DNA from: Squalus acanthias
Taxonomy: Eukaryota
Assembly (NCBI GenBank): GCA_030390025.1
Contig: CM059433.1
Coordinates: 30,630,001-30,694,000, forward strand
DNA length: 64,000 nt
Direction of reading: 5' to 3'
Positions 24,511 to 37,939 of this stretch are shown in pieces. A program made the translations under genes and the position numbers. Numbering within the stretch: the stretch's first letter is position 1; every line of letters starts with the position of its first letter. The notes beneath the pieces were generated by a model, which saw only the letters and a program-made list of their open reading frames with translations, searched no databases and was not told the origin of the DNA.

Positions 24511-24703
24511 TTTGAAATGGAAGTGTTGCTATATGAGGTGCTTGTGAGGCGGGATACCCTCTGTTTTTGCCAGGTAGATGTTCCAGAGCTTGTAGAAATG
24601 GTTGATGCCACCTTGGCAGGTGTGGCCAATGAGGCAACACCAGCTTTTCGATCCCCCTAGACTGTCCTCTTTCCCGCAATGCTACCAAAAGCGGAACATG
24701 CTG
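24511..24703 (+). pseudogene. Possible highly degenerate Myb/SANT-like remnant
   Basis: EMEVLLYEVLVRRDTL ... QCYQKRNML across frameshifts. Confidence 0.35.
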
Positions 24704-25717
24704 TGATTTGGATGCTCCTGAGGAAAGCCTCTAACGTTATGGTTAGTCAGGTATTCACATATCTTAGTTGGGGATCTACCATCACTGCTTTCTTTGGCAG
24801 GAGGAACCTCCAACAGTACTAATTGTCTGCCTTGAGGGGGCAGTTTCATCTCGGTCTACAGATGTGGACGTGCGGATACCAACAGCTGGGCACGCAGCAG
24901 CTTTCATGAAGCCTGACATGTCTGATATTCCTCCGCAAATAGTCATCTCCTTTCAGACACCTCAGATGCGGGGGGGGGATTCCCATTGGGTGGCAGCAGT
25001 GGTGCCGGGAACAAAAAGATAATTTACATCGATTGGCAGTCTGGAACATTGGGTGTACACAAGGAGGACAGCCCCCACCCCCATGAATATTAAAATTAAG
25101 CACCTGCTTACTTGAAGCCCGCTGGTAAATGTGTCAGGACACAAACATGGCGACTTTCCAATGGGCAGGACTTGCCCCCAGCTTCCGTGTCCAACCACCA
25201 GCTTGCGAGTTAGTCAGGGCCATTGGGCAGAGGTGCTAACTGCAGGTCAGTTTTTTGCCCAAAGGGAGGGAGGACTGAAGAGAGATTCATCCCCAGGCTG
25301 CTTTCACATGGTAGACTATTCAAACATCTGGCAGCAGGGCCCTTGGCCGCTCATTGAGCTGAAGACAATACGCAGTGCAAGAAGACTGGATAGAAAGAGA
25401 AGAGATAACCAAAAAAGAGCAAGCCTTTCTCTTAATGGAAAGAGCCATTGTCTAAAATCGACTTGGCAAATAGAATTAATTGGAAAGTTTACATACAAGC
25501 ACTAGGATCCCAGAGTAGTCAATTCTTCTGCTATTTATAGAGATTTCAAACTACTGGGTAAAAAATTGATGTTTTTGAATTTTCATTCAGCTTCCATTAT
25601 TCTTAGGGACCAAGAAACACAAAACTAATTTATTTTACTTCCTCTTTGCTTGTTACAGTACAAAACATCTTGCAGTTCAGCTTAGACACAGAAATATAAT
25701 ATTGCAAAAGGTTTCAT

Positions 25718-25866
25718 GAGATCAGTAGATTTTTGCTAGTGAAGGGTATTAAGGGATATGGAGCCAAAGCGGGCAGATGGAGTTAAGACACAGATCAGCC
25801 ATGATCTAACTGAATGGCGGAACAGGCTCGAGGGGCTGAATGGCCTCCCCCTGTTCCTATGTTTCT
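25718..25866 (+). mobile_element. CR1 LINE 3' tip
   Basis: gatcagccatgatct..gaatggcggaacaggctcgaggggctgaatggcc. Confidence 0.85.
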
Positions 25867-26146
25867 GTGCAGGTGCTGATTTAAAAAATGAATAGAGTAA
25901 CTTGACTGTTCACTAGATGCACCTAATTTAGGTCCCTTTGTAAGATTACACGTGTTTTTGCAAGGGGATAGTTACCAGGGTCTGAATGTAATCATAGCTC
26001 AGCTACCTTAACTTGTCTGATTCCATTGAAACTAAATGGAATGCCAATTTATGACAGCTGAGCACAGATTAGAATTGAGCCTCAGATATAGCTGACATTT
26101 ATTTATTCATCGTCAGTAAAATAAAAGTCAACAGGAAAAGAATAAA

Positions 26147-26910
26147 GGCCCGTAATTTCCGATAGGAGGCTTCCTGCGTGCGGATGCCTCCTATCGGAAA
26201 AAAATCTACGCACTTACCTGAGGGCTCCCGAGGTCCGGACACTTCTGATGCTGGGCCTCTCCACAGTCGAAATGCGCAGGGCCCACGTATCCCAGAGGCG
26301 CAGGCGGCTCACAAGCGTCCCTGGGATCACGTGGGCCAGGCAAGCCAATAGGAGAAGGGTATCCCCCTTCATACATTTGACAGATAGACCTGTCAAATAT
26401 ATGAATGGAGAGCACCCCAAAAACACAGTAAAACATTAAATAAATTTTTAAAAAACCATCACGTTTTTAAAATGAGTTAAAATTACATTAAATTAAATAT
26501 TTTAAACAAAAATTTAATTTTTGAAAAAAATAATTAACATTTTTTTACGGGGCTAAAAATAAACTTATCTTTTTTTTGAGTATTTTAAAATTATAAATGA
26601 GTGAAAATTTTATTTATTTTTTACTTTTTTTAAACTCTTATGCTGGTAAAAGCAGGCCTTATGCCTGCTTTTACCAGGCGTAAGATTTCTAAGGGTTTTC
26701 AGCGGGCGGAGGTTCTGCAGAAAGCGGAACTCTCTACCCGCAGAGGCCCTTCTCCAGGGCAGGCGTCCGATCTGTCAAGAGCATTCTTGACAGATCGGAA
26801 ATGCCGGTTTTCAGCGCATGCGCTTTGCATGCCTGAAACCGGCATTTCCGATGTTCCTACGGCTGTGTACACAACCCGCACACACCCGTAGGCATCGGAA
26901 AATACGGGCC
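26147..26910. mobile_element. PIF/Harbinger-like MITE
   Basis: 17-bp TIR with one mismatch: GGCCCGTAATTTCCGAT / ATCGGAAAATACGGGCC; second copy at 42514. Confidence 0.88.
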
Positions 26911-27187
26911 AATATTGCACATGCTAAGCTCCATAGTGAACGATCACTTGATTGATAGGTATTGTTTTTATTGCTTTGTAACTGGTAGTCTAGTGAGAGA
27001 TATCTTATTCCTCTTGGCTGGCACAGTGGGGAGGGTTGATCCATATCTTGGACAAAATTTTCTGAGGTCCTGCATGGCCTGCAATTGTCCGAGTAAGGCA
27101 CCTGCTGTGCACAAGGCTCCATTAGTGGGGGTCTAGGAAAATTTAGGCCTTAATCCCGGTTTCCAAAGTTCTTGTTTTTTTATATAT

Positions 27188-27342
27188 ATTCATTCTTGGG
27201 ATGTGGGCATTGCTGGGAAGACCGGCATTTATTGCCCATCCTTAATTGCCCGAGAAGGTGTTTTTGTTAACAGGACATACCTGGACAATTTTGCACATTG
27301 TTGGGTAGATGCCACTGTTGTAATTGAACTGGAACAGCATGG
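27188..27342 (-). mobile_element. Internally deleted Crack-like LINE remnant
   Basis: 3' tail joined directly to acaggacatacctgg.., which lies ~1.3 kb from the tail in the 28812 and 48945 copies. Confidence 0.65.
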
Positions 27343-27730
27343 CATGAGGTCATTAAATTACAAAGTCTAGACAAGTGCATTAATAAGCATGAGGTCTTTT
27401 ATTTCAATATAAAACATGCTGGAACCTTTATTATAGCCATCAGTAGTTCAGGCAAAAGCAACTGTGAGTTCATAAAACAGTTTGACAACTTATTTGATAC
27501 TGCTTTTGATGTGCTAAATCATTCGAAGAACAATCGTAATTACCAGAAACCATGTCCATTTCTGTGAATAAAATGCTTGTTCCTTTACTGTAAAACATAT
27601 TCACTGGTGTAAATTATAGCCCCTATATATTTCTTCACTGTGTGAAATGGGGAGCAGGCTGGTCAGTTTACACAGTGAACGGGAAGGTGCTGATCATAAC
27701 ACAATTTTTTTGGGGGGTGGGTGAGGAGGG

Positions 27731-28098
27731 TGGGGTTGCTGACCTCCAGGAATGCCCTGGAGTCTCCAGGAATTAAAGACTAGTCTCCAGGACACTGCTG
27801 CGAGCAACTCAGGAGGAAAATTGTGTCTTAAACAAACTTTATTCTGAACAGGTTTGTTTACTAATTAGAAAAACAAATGGGAAATATGGGAAAAAAGGTT
27901 GTTTAATTGACAGTCAAGAATCATCTAATTGGGTAATGAAGAGTCTATTCACTTTCCAATTGGCCGTAGGAAGGTGGTGCACCGTGAGATGGACTTGTCA
28001 GACGACCAATGGCGGGAGTGTGGGGGCGGGGTGTTTGGAGGCAGGAGGTCATGTGATTAAACCTCCAGGAATATGTCCAACCAGAGTTGGCAAACCTA
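27731..28098. mobile_element. Probable hAT-type (Blackjack-like) non-autonomous element
   Basis: Ends TGGGGTTGC.. / ..TTGGCAAACCTA resemble TAGGGTTGCCA TIRs; repeated CTCCAGGA subterminal motif; no clear 8-bp TSD. Confidence 0.45.
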
Positions 28099-28811
28099 GG
28101 GCATGGGGTTGCCATCATGAGTTTATATTGTGGCACAACTTGTAATTGAAGCATTTTCACATTGGTTCCTCATACTCTGGGAATTTTGTGCATACTACAT
28201 AGAATTTACAGCACAGAAACAGGCCATTCGGCCCAACTGGTCCATGTCGGTATTTATGCTCCACACGCGTCTCCTCCCACCCTCCTTCATCTAACCTCAT
28301 TAACATATCCTTCTATTCCTTTCTCCCTCATGTGTTTATCTAGCTTCCCTTTAAATGCATCTATGCTATTCGCCTCAACTACTCCTTGTGGTAGCGAGTT
28401 CTACATCCTAACCGCTCTCAGGGTAAAAAGCTTCTCCTGAATTCCCTATTGGATTTATTAGTGACAATCTTATATTTATGGCCCCTAGCTCTTGTCTCAC
28501 CCGCAAGTGGAAACATTTTCTCTATGTCTACCCTATCGAACCCTTTCACAATCTTAAAGACCTCTATCAGGTCACCCCTCAATCTTCTCTTTTCTAGAGA
28601 AAAGAGTCCCAGCCTGTTCAATCTCTCAGTTCAGGTATCATTCTACTAAATCTTCTTTGCATCTTCTCCACTGCCTCTATATTATTTTTATAATATGGAG
28701 ACCAGATCTGTTCACAGTACTCCAAGTATGGTCTAACCAAAGTTCTATATAAGGTTAACATAACTTCTTTGCTTTTCAATTCTATCTCTCTAGAAATGAA
28801 CCCCAGTGTTT

Positions 28812-30455
28812 TATTTTATTTGTTCATGGGATGTGGGTGTTGCTGGCAAGGCCAGCATTTATTGCCCATTCCTAGTTGCCCTTGAGAAGGTGGTGGTGAG
28901 CCGCTTTCTTGAACTGCTGCAGTCCATGTGTTGAAGGTACTCCCACAGTGCTGTTAGGGAGGAGTTCCAGGATTTTGACCCAGCGACGATGAAGGATCGG
29001 TGATATACTTTCAAGTCAGGATGGTGTGTGACTTGGAGGGGAACTTGAAGGTGGTGGTATTCCCTTGTCCTTCTAGGTGGAAGAGGTCGCGGGTTTGGGA
29101 GGTGCTGCTGAAGAAGTCTTGGCCAGTTGCTGCAGTGCATTTTGTAGATGGTACACACTGCAGCCACGGTACGCCGGTGGTGGAGGGAGTGAATGTTTAA
29201 GGTGGTGGATGGGGTACCAATCAAGCGGGCTGCTTTGTCCTGGATGGTGTCGAGCTTCTTGAGTGTTGTTGGAGCTGCACTCATCCAGGCAAGTGGAGAG
29301 TATTCCATCACACTCCTGACTTGTGCCTTGTAGATGGTAGAAAGGCTTTGGGGAGTCAGGAGGGGAGTCAGGAGGTGAGACACTCACACAGAATACCCAG
29401 CCTCTGACCTGCTCTTGTAGCCACACTATTTATGTGGGTGGTCCAGTTAAGTTTCTGATCAATGGTGACCCCCAGGATATTGATGGTGGGGGATTTGACG
29501 ATGGTAATGTCATTGAATGCTAAGGGGTGATGGTTAGACGCTCACTTGTTGGAGATAGTCATTGCCTGGCACTTGTGTGGCGCGAATGTTACATGCAACT
29601 TATCAGACCAATACTGAATGTCGTCCAGGTCTTTCTGCATGCAGGCATGGACTGCTTCATTATCTGAGGATTGTGAATAGCACTGCACACTGCAGTCATC
29701 AGCGAACATCCCCACTTTTGACCTTATGATGAAGGGATGGTCATTGATGAAGCAGTTGAAGGCGGTTGGGCTAGGACACTGCACTGAGGAACTCCTGCAG
29801 TAATGTCCTGGGGCTGTGATGATTGACCTCCAATCACCACAGCCATCTTCCTTTGTGCTAGGTATGACTCCAGCCAATGGACAGTTTTCCCCTTGATTCC
29901 CATTGACTTCAGTTTTACTAGGGCTCCTTGATGCCACACTCGGTCAAATGCTGCCTTGATGTCAAGGGCAGTCACTCTCACCTCACCTCTGGAATTCAGC
30001 TCTTTTGTCCATGCTTGGACCAAGGCTGTAATGAAGTCTGGAGCCGAGTGATCTTGGCAGAACCCAAACTGGGCATCAGTGAGCAGGTTATTTGTGAGTA
30101 AGTGTTGCTTGATAGCACTTTCGATGACACCTTTCATCACTTTGCTGATGATTGAGAATAGACTGACGGGGCGGTAATTGGCCGGATTGGATTTGTCCTG
30201 CTTTTTGTGGACAGGACATACCTGGGCAGTTTTCCACATTGTGTGATAGCTGCACTGGAACAGCTTGGCTAGAGGCGCGGCTAGTTCTGGAGCACAAGTC
30301 TTCAGCACAACAGCCGAGATGTTGTTGGGGCCCACAGCCTTTGCTCTATCCAGTGCGCTCAGCCGTTTCTTGATACTACATGGAGTGAATCGAATTGTCT
30401 GAAGACTGGCTTCTGTGGTGGTGGGGACCTCAGGAGGAGGCCAATATGGATCAAT
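28812..30455 (-). mobile_element. Crack/Daphne-like LINE, 5'-truncated, degenerate RT
   Basis: NYRPVSL, ALDIKAAFDRVWH, GVPQ, MFADD, YKAQVRSVMEY; clade assignment is inference. Confidence 0.9.
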
Positions 30456-30876
30456 GCTAGCTTCTTTTCTGGCCCTAGTAAGCTGCATTGCTACTTTTAG
30501 TGATTTGTGTATCTGCATCCCCCAGATCCCTCTGCTTCTATACCCCATTTAGACACTTATTTTCCAAGTAGAATGTGGCCTCATTTTTCCTACCAAAATG
30601 TACCACCTCACACTTATGTATATTGAATTTCATTTGCCAATTACACGCCCATTCTGCAAGTCTTCCTGTATTCTTTTGCAGTATTAACTACACCCCCCAA
30701 TTTGGCATCATCCGCAAATTTTGAAATTGTACTTCTGATTCCTGTCTCCAAATCGTTTATGTAAATTGTGAACAACAGTGGTCCCAGCACCGACCCTTGT
30801 AGAACACCACTTCCCACCTTTTGCCAGTATGAGTAACTACTTTTAACATTTACTCTCTGTTTTATGTTTTGTAGCC

Positions 30877-31345
30877 AAAAAAGAAAAACTTGCATTTATG
30901 TAGCGCCTTTCACGACCTCAGGACGTCCCAAGGCTCTTTACAGCCAATGAAGTATTTTTGAAGTGCAGTCACTGTTGTAATGTAGGAAACGCAGCAGCCA
31001 ATTTGCACACAGCAAGTTCCCACAAACAGCAATGTGATAATGACCAGATAATCTATTTTGGTTATATTGATTGACGGATAAATATTGGCCAGGACACTCA
31101 GGATAACTCCCCTGCTCTTCTTCAAAATACTGCCATGGGATCTTTTTGTCCACCTGAGAGCGCAGACAGGGCCTTGGTTTAACATCTCATACAAAAGGTG
31201 GCACCTTCAACAGTGCAGCACTCACTCAGCACTACACTGGAGTGTCAGCCTAGATTTTTGTGCTCAAGTTTCTGGAGTAGGACTTGAACCCACAACCTTC
31301 TGACTCAGAGGTGAGAGTGCTATCCACTGAGCCATGGCTGACACC
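30877..31345 (-). mobile_element. DeuSINE, full length
   Basis: Minus strand GTGTCAGCCATGGCTCAGTGG..GGTTCAAGTCC through tail. Confidence 0.9.
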
Positions 31346-31552
31346 ACTGCTACTTGTTCCCTGACTCCACATGTTCTGACCTTAGTCATGAGTCTATTAC
31401 GCGGTACTTTATCGAAGGCCTTTTGAAAATCCAAATATATTATATTACCCTTATCTATACTTTCTGTTTCTTCTTCAAGTAATTGAATAAGGTTGCTCAA
31501 GCATGACCTTCCCCTTTGAAATCCGTGCTGACTACTCTTTATTATATTTTCA

Positions 31553-31805
31553 GAGCCCTGGTAATATTCTGGTGAATCTGCGTTGCACTCCTTCCAAGGC
31601 CAATATATCCTTTCAACGGTGTGGTGCCCAGAACTGTACACAGTACTCCAGATGTGGTCTAACCAGGTCTTTGTATAGCTGTAGCAAAACTTCCTCCCCT
31701 TGATATTCTAGCCCTCTAAATAGAGGGGCTAACATTCCATTAGCATTTTTGATCATTTTTTGTACTTGACCACTACATTTTAGTGATCTGTGTACATGGA
31801 CTCTA
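31553..31805 (-). mobile_element. CR1 internal fragment of another subfamily
   Basis: Minus strand RPHLEYCVQFW-type region. Confidence 0.75.
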
Positions 31806-31987
31806 AATCTCTTTGGGGTTTTAACATTTTCAATTGACCCCCAGCCTCAACAGCTTTTGGGGGAAGAGAGTTCCAGATTTCCACGACCCTTTGTGTGAAG
31901 AAGTGCTTCCTGACATCAACCTTGAATGGCCTAGCTCTAATTTTAAGGTTATGCCCCTTGTTCTGGACTCCACCACCAGATGAAATA

Positions 31988-34920
31988 AGAACATAAGAAA
32001 TAGGAGCAGGAGTAGGCTATTCAGCATTTGGAGCTTGCTCTGCCATTCGATAAGATTTTCTATCTCAAGTCCACCTTCCTACACTATCTCCAAATCCATT
32101 GATTCCCTTAATATCTAAAAATGTCAATCTTTCTTCATAGGACAATCCCTCCCATCCCAGGAATCAGTCTGGTGAACCTTTGTTGCACTTCCGATACAGC
32201 AAGTATATTCTTCCTTAGGTAAGGAGACAAAGACTGTACACAATACTTCAGGTGTGGTCTCACCAAGGCCCTATATAAATGCAGTAAGACTTCTTTACTC
32301 TTATGCTCCAATCCTTTTCTAATAAAGGCTAACATACTATTTGCTTTTGTAATTGCTTTCTGTACCTGCATGTTTACTTGCAGTGATTCGTGTACAAGGA
32401 CACCCAGGTCCCTTTGAATACCAACATTTCCCAATCTGTCACCATTTAAAAAATATTCTGCTTTTCTATTTTCCCAACAAAATAGATAACTTCACATTTC
32501 TCCACATTATAGTCAATCTGCCATGTTCTTGCCCACTCACTTAACCTGTCTATATCCCTTTGCAGCCTCTTTGCATCCTCCTCATAACTTACTTTCCCAC
32601 TTAGCTTTGTATCATCAGCAAACTTTAAATAATTACTTTGCTTCATTATTTACCAGGGAGACGGAACAGGTGGACATGATTTTGGATGATGAGATTAGAA
32701 ATGAGATAACTGCATTTAAAATAGAAAGAGGAGAAATATTAAATAAACTAATCAAACTCAAAGAGGATAAAACCTCTGGTCTGGACGGATTACATCCGCG
32801 CATTTTAAAATAATCTAGGGAAGAGATAGCAGAGGCATTACTACACATATTTAATAATTCATTAGAACAAGGTGAAGTGCCAGAGGACTGGTGGATAGCT
32901 AATATAATACCTATATTTAAGAAGGGAGATAGAACATGTCCAGGGAACTATAGACCAGTCAGCTTAACATCGGTGGTAGGAAAAATAATGGAATCCCTTC
33001 TAAAAGAGAAAATAGAAGAACATCTAGAAACAAAAGATATAATAATGAATAGTCAGCATGGATTTCAAAAGGGAAAGTCTTGCTTGACCAACCTCATTGA
33101 ATTTTTTGAAGAGGTAACAGAGCGAGTAGACAAGGGTAATGCAGTAGATGTAATTTATTTAGATTTCCAAAAGACCTTTGGTAAGGTACCACATAATAGA
33201 CTAAAAGATAAGGGGACAAGTAGCAGAATGGATAGCTAGCTGGCTTCAAGACAGAAAGCAGAGAGTCAGGGTAAAGGGTAGCTATTCAAAGTGGCAGAAG
33301 GTGGGAAGTGGTGTTCCACAAGGATCAGTGCTGGGACCGCAGTTGTTCACAATTTATATTAACAATTTAGACTTTGGTATCAAAAACACAATTTCTAAAT
33401 TTGCAGATAACACCAAATTGGGAGGGATAGTCAATACTGAGGAGGACTGCAACAAATTACAAGAAGACATTAATAAACTTGAAGATTGGGCATATAATTG
33501 ACAATTGAAATTCAACACAGATCATGTTAGGTGAGGTAATATATTTTGGTAAGAAAAATAGGGTGGTCACGTATTACTTGGAAAATAAGAATCTAAGTGG
33601 GGTAGAAGAGCAAAGGGATCTCGGAGTACAAATACATAAATTATTAAAAGTATCGACACAGGTTAACAAGGCTATAAAAAAAAATAACCAAGCACTAGGG
33701 TTTATTTCTAGAGGGATAGAATTGAAAAGTAGAGAAGTTATGCTAAACTAGTATTGACCCTTGGTTAGACCACACTTGGAGTACTGCGTACAATTCTGGT
33801 CACCATATTATAAAAAGGATACAGAGGCACTGGAGAAGGTGAAAAAAAGATTTACAGGGATAATACCAGAAATGCGAGGGTATACCTATCAGGAGAGGAT
33901 GAACAGGCTGGGTCTCTTTTCTCTTGAAAAGAGAAGGCTGAAGGGTGACCTAATAGAGGTCTTTAAAATTATGAAAGGTTTTGATAGAGTAGATACAGAG
34001 AGAGTGTTTCCACTTGTGGGGAAGAGCAAAACTAGAGGCCATCAATATAAGATAGTCACCAAGAAATCAAATAGGGAATTCAGAAGAAACTTCTTTACCC
34101 AGAGAGTGGTGAGAATGTAGAACTCACTACCACAGGGAGTGGTTGAAGCGAATAGTATAGATGCATTTAAGGGGAAGCTAGATAAGCATATGTGGGAGAA
34201 GGGAATAGAGGGTTATGCTGATAGAGTTAGATGAGGAAAGACGGGAGGAGTCTCGAGTGGAGCATGAACGCTGGCATGGACTGGTTGGGCCGAATGGCCT
34301 GTTTCTGTGCTGTATATCCTATGTAATTCTATGTAAACTTGGATATATTACACTCAGTCACCTCATCTAAGTCATTAATATAGATTGTTAACAGCTGAGG
34401 CCCAAGCACTCATCCTTGCGTAATCCCACTAGTTACAGCCTGCCAACCCGAAAATTACCCGTTTATTCCAACTCTCTGTTCTCTGTCCGTTAACCAATCC
34501 TCAATCCATGCTCATATAGAAACCCCAATCACATGAGCCCTAATTTTGCATAATAACCTCTTGTGTGGCACCTTATCGAATGCTTTCTGAAAATCCAAAT
34601 ACACTACATCCACTGGTTCCCCTTATCTACCCAGCTAGTTACAACCTCAAAGAACTCTAACTGATTTGTCAAACATGGTTTCCCTTTCATAAATCAATGT
34701 TGAATCTGCCCAATCATATTATGATTTTCTAAGTGCCCTGTTACCACGTCCTTAATAACAGATTCTAGCATTTTCCCTACTACTGATGTCAGGCTAACTG
34801 GTCTATAGTTCCCTGTTTTCTCTCTCCCTCCTTTCTTGAATAGTGTGGTTACATTGCTACCTTCCAATCCACCGGGACCATTCTAGAATCTAGGGAATTC
34901 TGGAAGATAAAAATCAATGC
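31988..34920 (-). mobile_element. CR1 LINE split into 31988-32625 and 34335-34920
   Basis: agaacataagaa tail; RT motifs continue across the insert; AAACTT duplicated. Confidence 0.9.
32626..34334 (+). mobile_element. CR1 LINE, 5'-truncated, degenerate RT
   Basis: ORFs 32877-33239, 33301-33501, 33524-33751, 33761-34120; (TATGTAATTC) tail. Confidence 0.96.
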
Positions 34921-35469
34921 CCTATATATCGAAATAGTTTCTATCTATCCTTTAATCACCTTAAACATCTCAATTAGATCACACCTTAATCTTCTATACT
35001 CAAGGGAATAAAAGCCTAGTCTACGAAACCTGGCCTCAGAATTCAACCCTTTTAGCCCCGGTATCATCCTGGTGAATCTGTGATGCAACCCCTCTTGATG
35101 GTATAAGAGTAACAAACTTCTTTTAGCTAATGTTTTTTTTTAAAAAACTGCTTGGAGAATGGCCTTAGCGCTCCTTGCACTGTGGGTGTCTGATCCTCTC
35201 AAGCACCGTGGCTTTGGCATATGACTATAGCTAAAAACACATGAATCATTTATTGGAACATTGAAATAGCTATTCTGATTGTCAGGACACAGAGATGTAT
35301 AAAGTACCAGCATGGTGCTGGATTTACAAAAAGCGTTATTAGTTTTCCCATAACAGGAGCCTGTAAAATCAAGTTGTGACTGTTAACTGCTTCATTACTG
35401 AAACTGCTAAATATCTCACTGAACGCAAACACAAAATATTGAAAGTACGCAGCAGGTTGCTCAGTATCA

Positions 35470-35745
35470 AGATCCCATGGCACTATTTCAAAGAAGAGCA
35501 GGGGAGTTCTCCCCAGTGTCCTGGCCAATATTTATCCCTCAACTAACACCAGTAAACCAGATTATCTGGTTTTTATCACATTGCTGATTGTGGGATTTGA
35601 GATGCACAAATTGGCTGCCGCGTTCCCTACATTACAACAGTGACGACACTTCAAAAAAAATACTTCATTGACTGTAAAGCACTTTGGGACGTCCTGAGGC
35701 CGTGAACGGCGCTATAGCAATGCAAGTTATTTCTTTCTTTCTTCC
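35470..35745 (+). mobile_element. DeuSINE 3' half
   Basis: agatcccatggcactattt.. to (CTTT)n. Confidence 0.88.
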
Positions 35746-36384
35746 TTTAAGAGAGTTTAAGTTACGCTAAAACTGTGGGAGTTTTTACTCATGCTCCTGT
35801 GCTTTGAGTATGTTGCAAACACGTAACTCTTGCCCTGCAGCTGCTGAAAGGATGGCATTCCGGCCAGGTTTTTGAGAGAACCGGAAAATGAGCTGACTTT
35901 TGCTTGTTCAGGACTCTCGAAGATTTTCTCAGCAGGGCTCCTCAATGTTGGGCCATTCCAATTAATAACAGGAGAATTGAGAGCTATTCTGCTATCTAGG
36001 ATCACATAACAGCACTTTGAAATACATTGGGTAACAATTTCCATCATGTCGTTCAATTCTGAGAAAGGATTATCTTGCAAATATTCACCTCTTTCAAATG
36101 GTGCTCACCCTATTGTTCATTTCCAACATTTTCTGTTTCATTAGATTGCTGGTGTTCCCAGCTCACTTTTTACCTCAAAGAACCTCTTATCATTTGATTT
36201 CCAGACCTTGTGTTCATGAAAAGGGATGGAATCACATTCAGCAGCATGAAGTTACACCCTCTACCTCCCAATGTACCATGAGGGATCAGATGAACACATG
36301 AAGGAAAGATTTGGCTTTTTTTTTTAATAAAAGAAAATCCCACTTGTGGCTCGAGCTATATAACAGCCCCGAACCAACACTAAT

Positions 36385-36675
36385 GACACCAGAGGACACA
36401 GATTTAAGGTAATTGCCAAAAGAACCAGAGGGGAGATGAGTAGAATTTATTTTACACAGTGAGTTGTTCTGATCTGGAATGCACCGTCTGAAAGGGTGGT
36501 GGAAGCAGATTCAATAGTAACTTTCAAAAGGCAAGTGGATAACTACTTGAAGGGGAAACATTTGCAGGGCTATGGAGAAAGGGCAAGGGAGTGGGACGAC
36601 TTGGATGGCTCTTTCAAAGAGCCGGCACATGCACGATGTGCCGAATGGGCTCCTTCTGTGCTGGAAAATTTTATG
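36385..36675 (+). mobile_element. CR1 LINE 3' fragment
   Basis: VVEADSIVTFKR; same subfamily as 12553. Confidence 0.85.
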
Positions 36676-37569
36676 ACACCGAAAGGCACATAGCAGTGTA
36701 ATTATGGTGGCCATTTTCTTCTAAAGATATATGGTGAATCAACCCAACTTTAGCTACTTGAGATTTGACCAACAGCAGATTTATGACAACATTGACATAT
36801 TGGTCTTGAAAACTGTAACTATTATCTGTAAAATCTCCAGACCATATAGACTGTAGCAGTCCTTCAGACAAATTCTAGTCTGTATTTCTTTTTGGGTGCA
36901 TTATGCACATTTAAAGGTGTGCTAGAGGGTGTACCGTGGATTGGAATTACATGAGGCCAGAAGGAGCTATTAGGCTATTTCCATTTTAGCACTGGTCTTA
37001 GCAAAAAGGAATAATATATTGAGCTTCCACTAAACATACAACCACCCAAACATCATATAGACTGTGGTGATTGGCCATGTTGTGCTTAGTTTAAGGAATT
37101 AATAGTTTTCCAGGCTAATTTTTGTTCGAACTTTAGTGATCATACCCTGAGGCTCAAACCGAATGAGTGATTTGTACTTTAATTCTTCATTTGCAACAGG
37201 GACTCTTTCAACTCAATTTTATTTTATCTTTGTGAATGGTCAGCATCAATTAGAATCCAAAGTTCTATGCACGCAATTGTTGCTTTGCTCAAATCTACAC
37301 TTCGTCAAAGACTTAGCCACCCAGCTTTAGATCGTCAGTTTCAGCAGGTGTAAAATCTGATCCATGCAACAAGCCGTAACAATGACTGCAATTAAAGGAA
37401 CCCAGTATATTTGTTTAGGCATCAGTTGCACAAATTGTGTTCAGTCAGATAGACACATGCACAAAATAAGTGATTGTATGTTAGTACTTGGGATGGGGGG
37501 ATGGGAAATACGCAAGGATCTTGTAAATACAATTATGCAAATAAGTCATACTATATATTGTTTACTGCC

Positions 37570-37935
37570 AATCAACAACATGCATTTTTATAGCTTCACA
37601 GAAGTGTAATTAGACCGGAATGGTTGCCGAGCCAAAGAATGAGGGGTGACCAAATGCTTGGGTTTTAAGCAGGGTTTTAAAGAAGGAGAGGGAGGTGAAC
37701 AGGTGGAGGGGTTTAAGGAGGGGATTCCAGCGTGGGACCTAGGTGGCTGAAGGCACGGCCACCAATGGTGGAGCGAAAGGAGAGTTGGAGATGCGCAATA
37801 GGCTGAAATATTAGGAGGGGTGACCAAAAACTTGGTTAAAGAGGTGGGTTTTAAGAAGGGTCTTAAAGGAGGGTGGAGGGGTGGAGAGGTTTAGGGAGGG
37901 AATTCCAGAGCTTAGGGCCTAAATGGCTGAAGGCT
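37570..37935 (-). mobile_element. Two tandem L2 3' fragments
   Basis: ggtgaccaaa..ttttaag..gggagggaattccag block occurs twice. Confidence 0.75.
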
Positions 37936-37939
37936 GACT

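Larger units (their letters stand above)
28197..31552 (-). mobile_element. CR1 LINE in three pieces (28197-28808, 30456-30876, 31346-31552)
   Basis: Pieces are colinear with the 32626-34334 subfamily; [15 protein letters not shown] and YLDFQKAFD motifs in order. Confidence 0.88.
31820..35093 (-). mobile_element. CR1 3' fragment split into 31820-31987 and 34931-35093
   Basis: Subfamily of 1551-2009; GAAATA at both junctions. Confidence 0.75.

Noticed and set aside
35757..36080. 107-aa minus-strand ORF as a host exon
   Set aside because: No recognisable homology and no convincing splice sites; the length is attainable by chance
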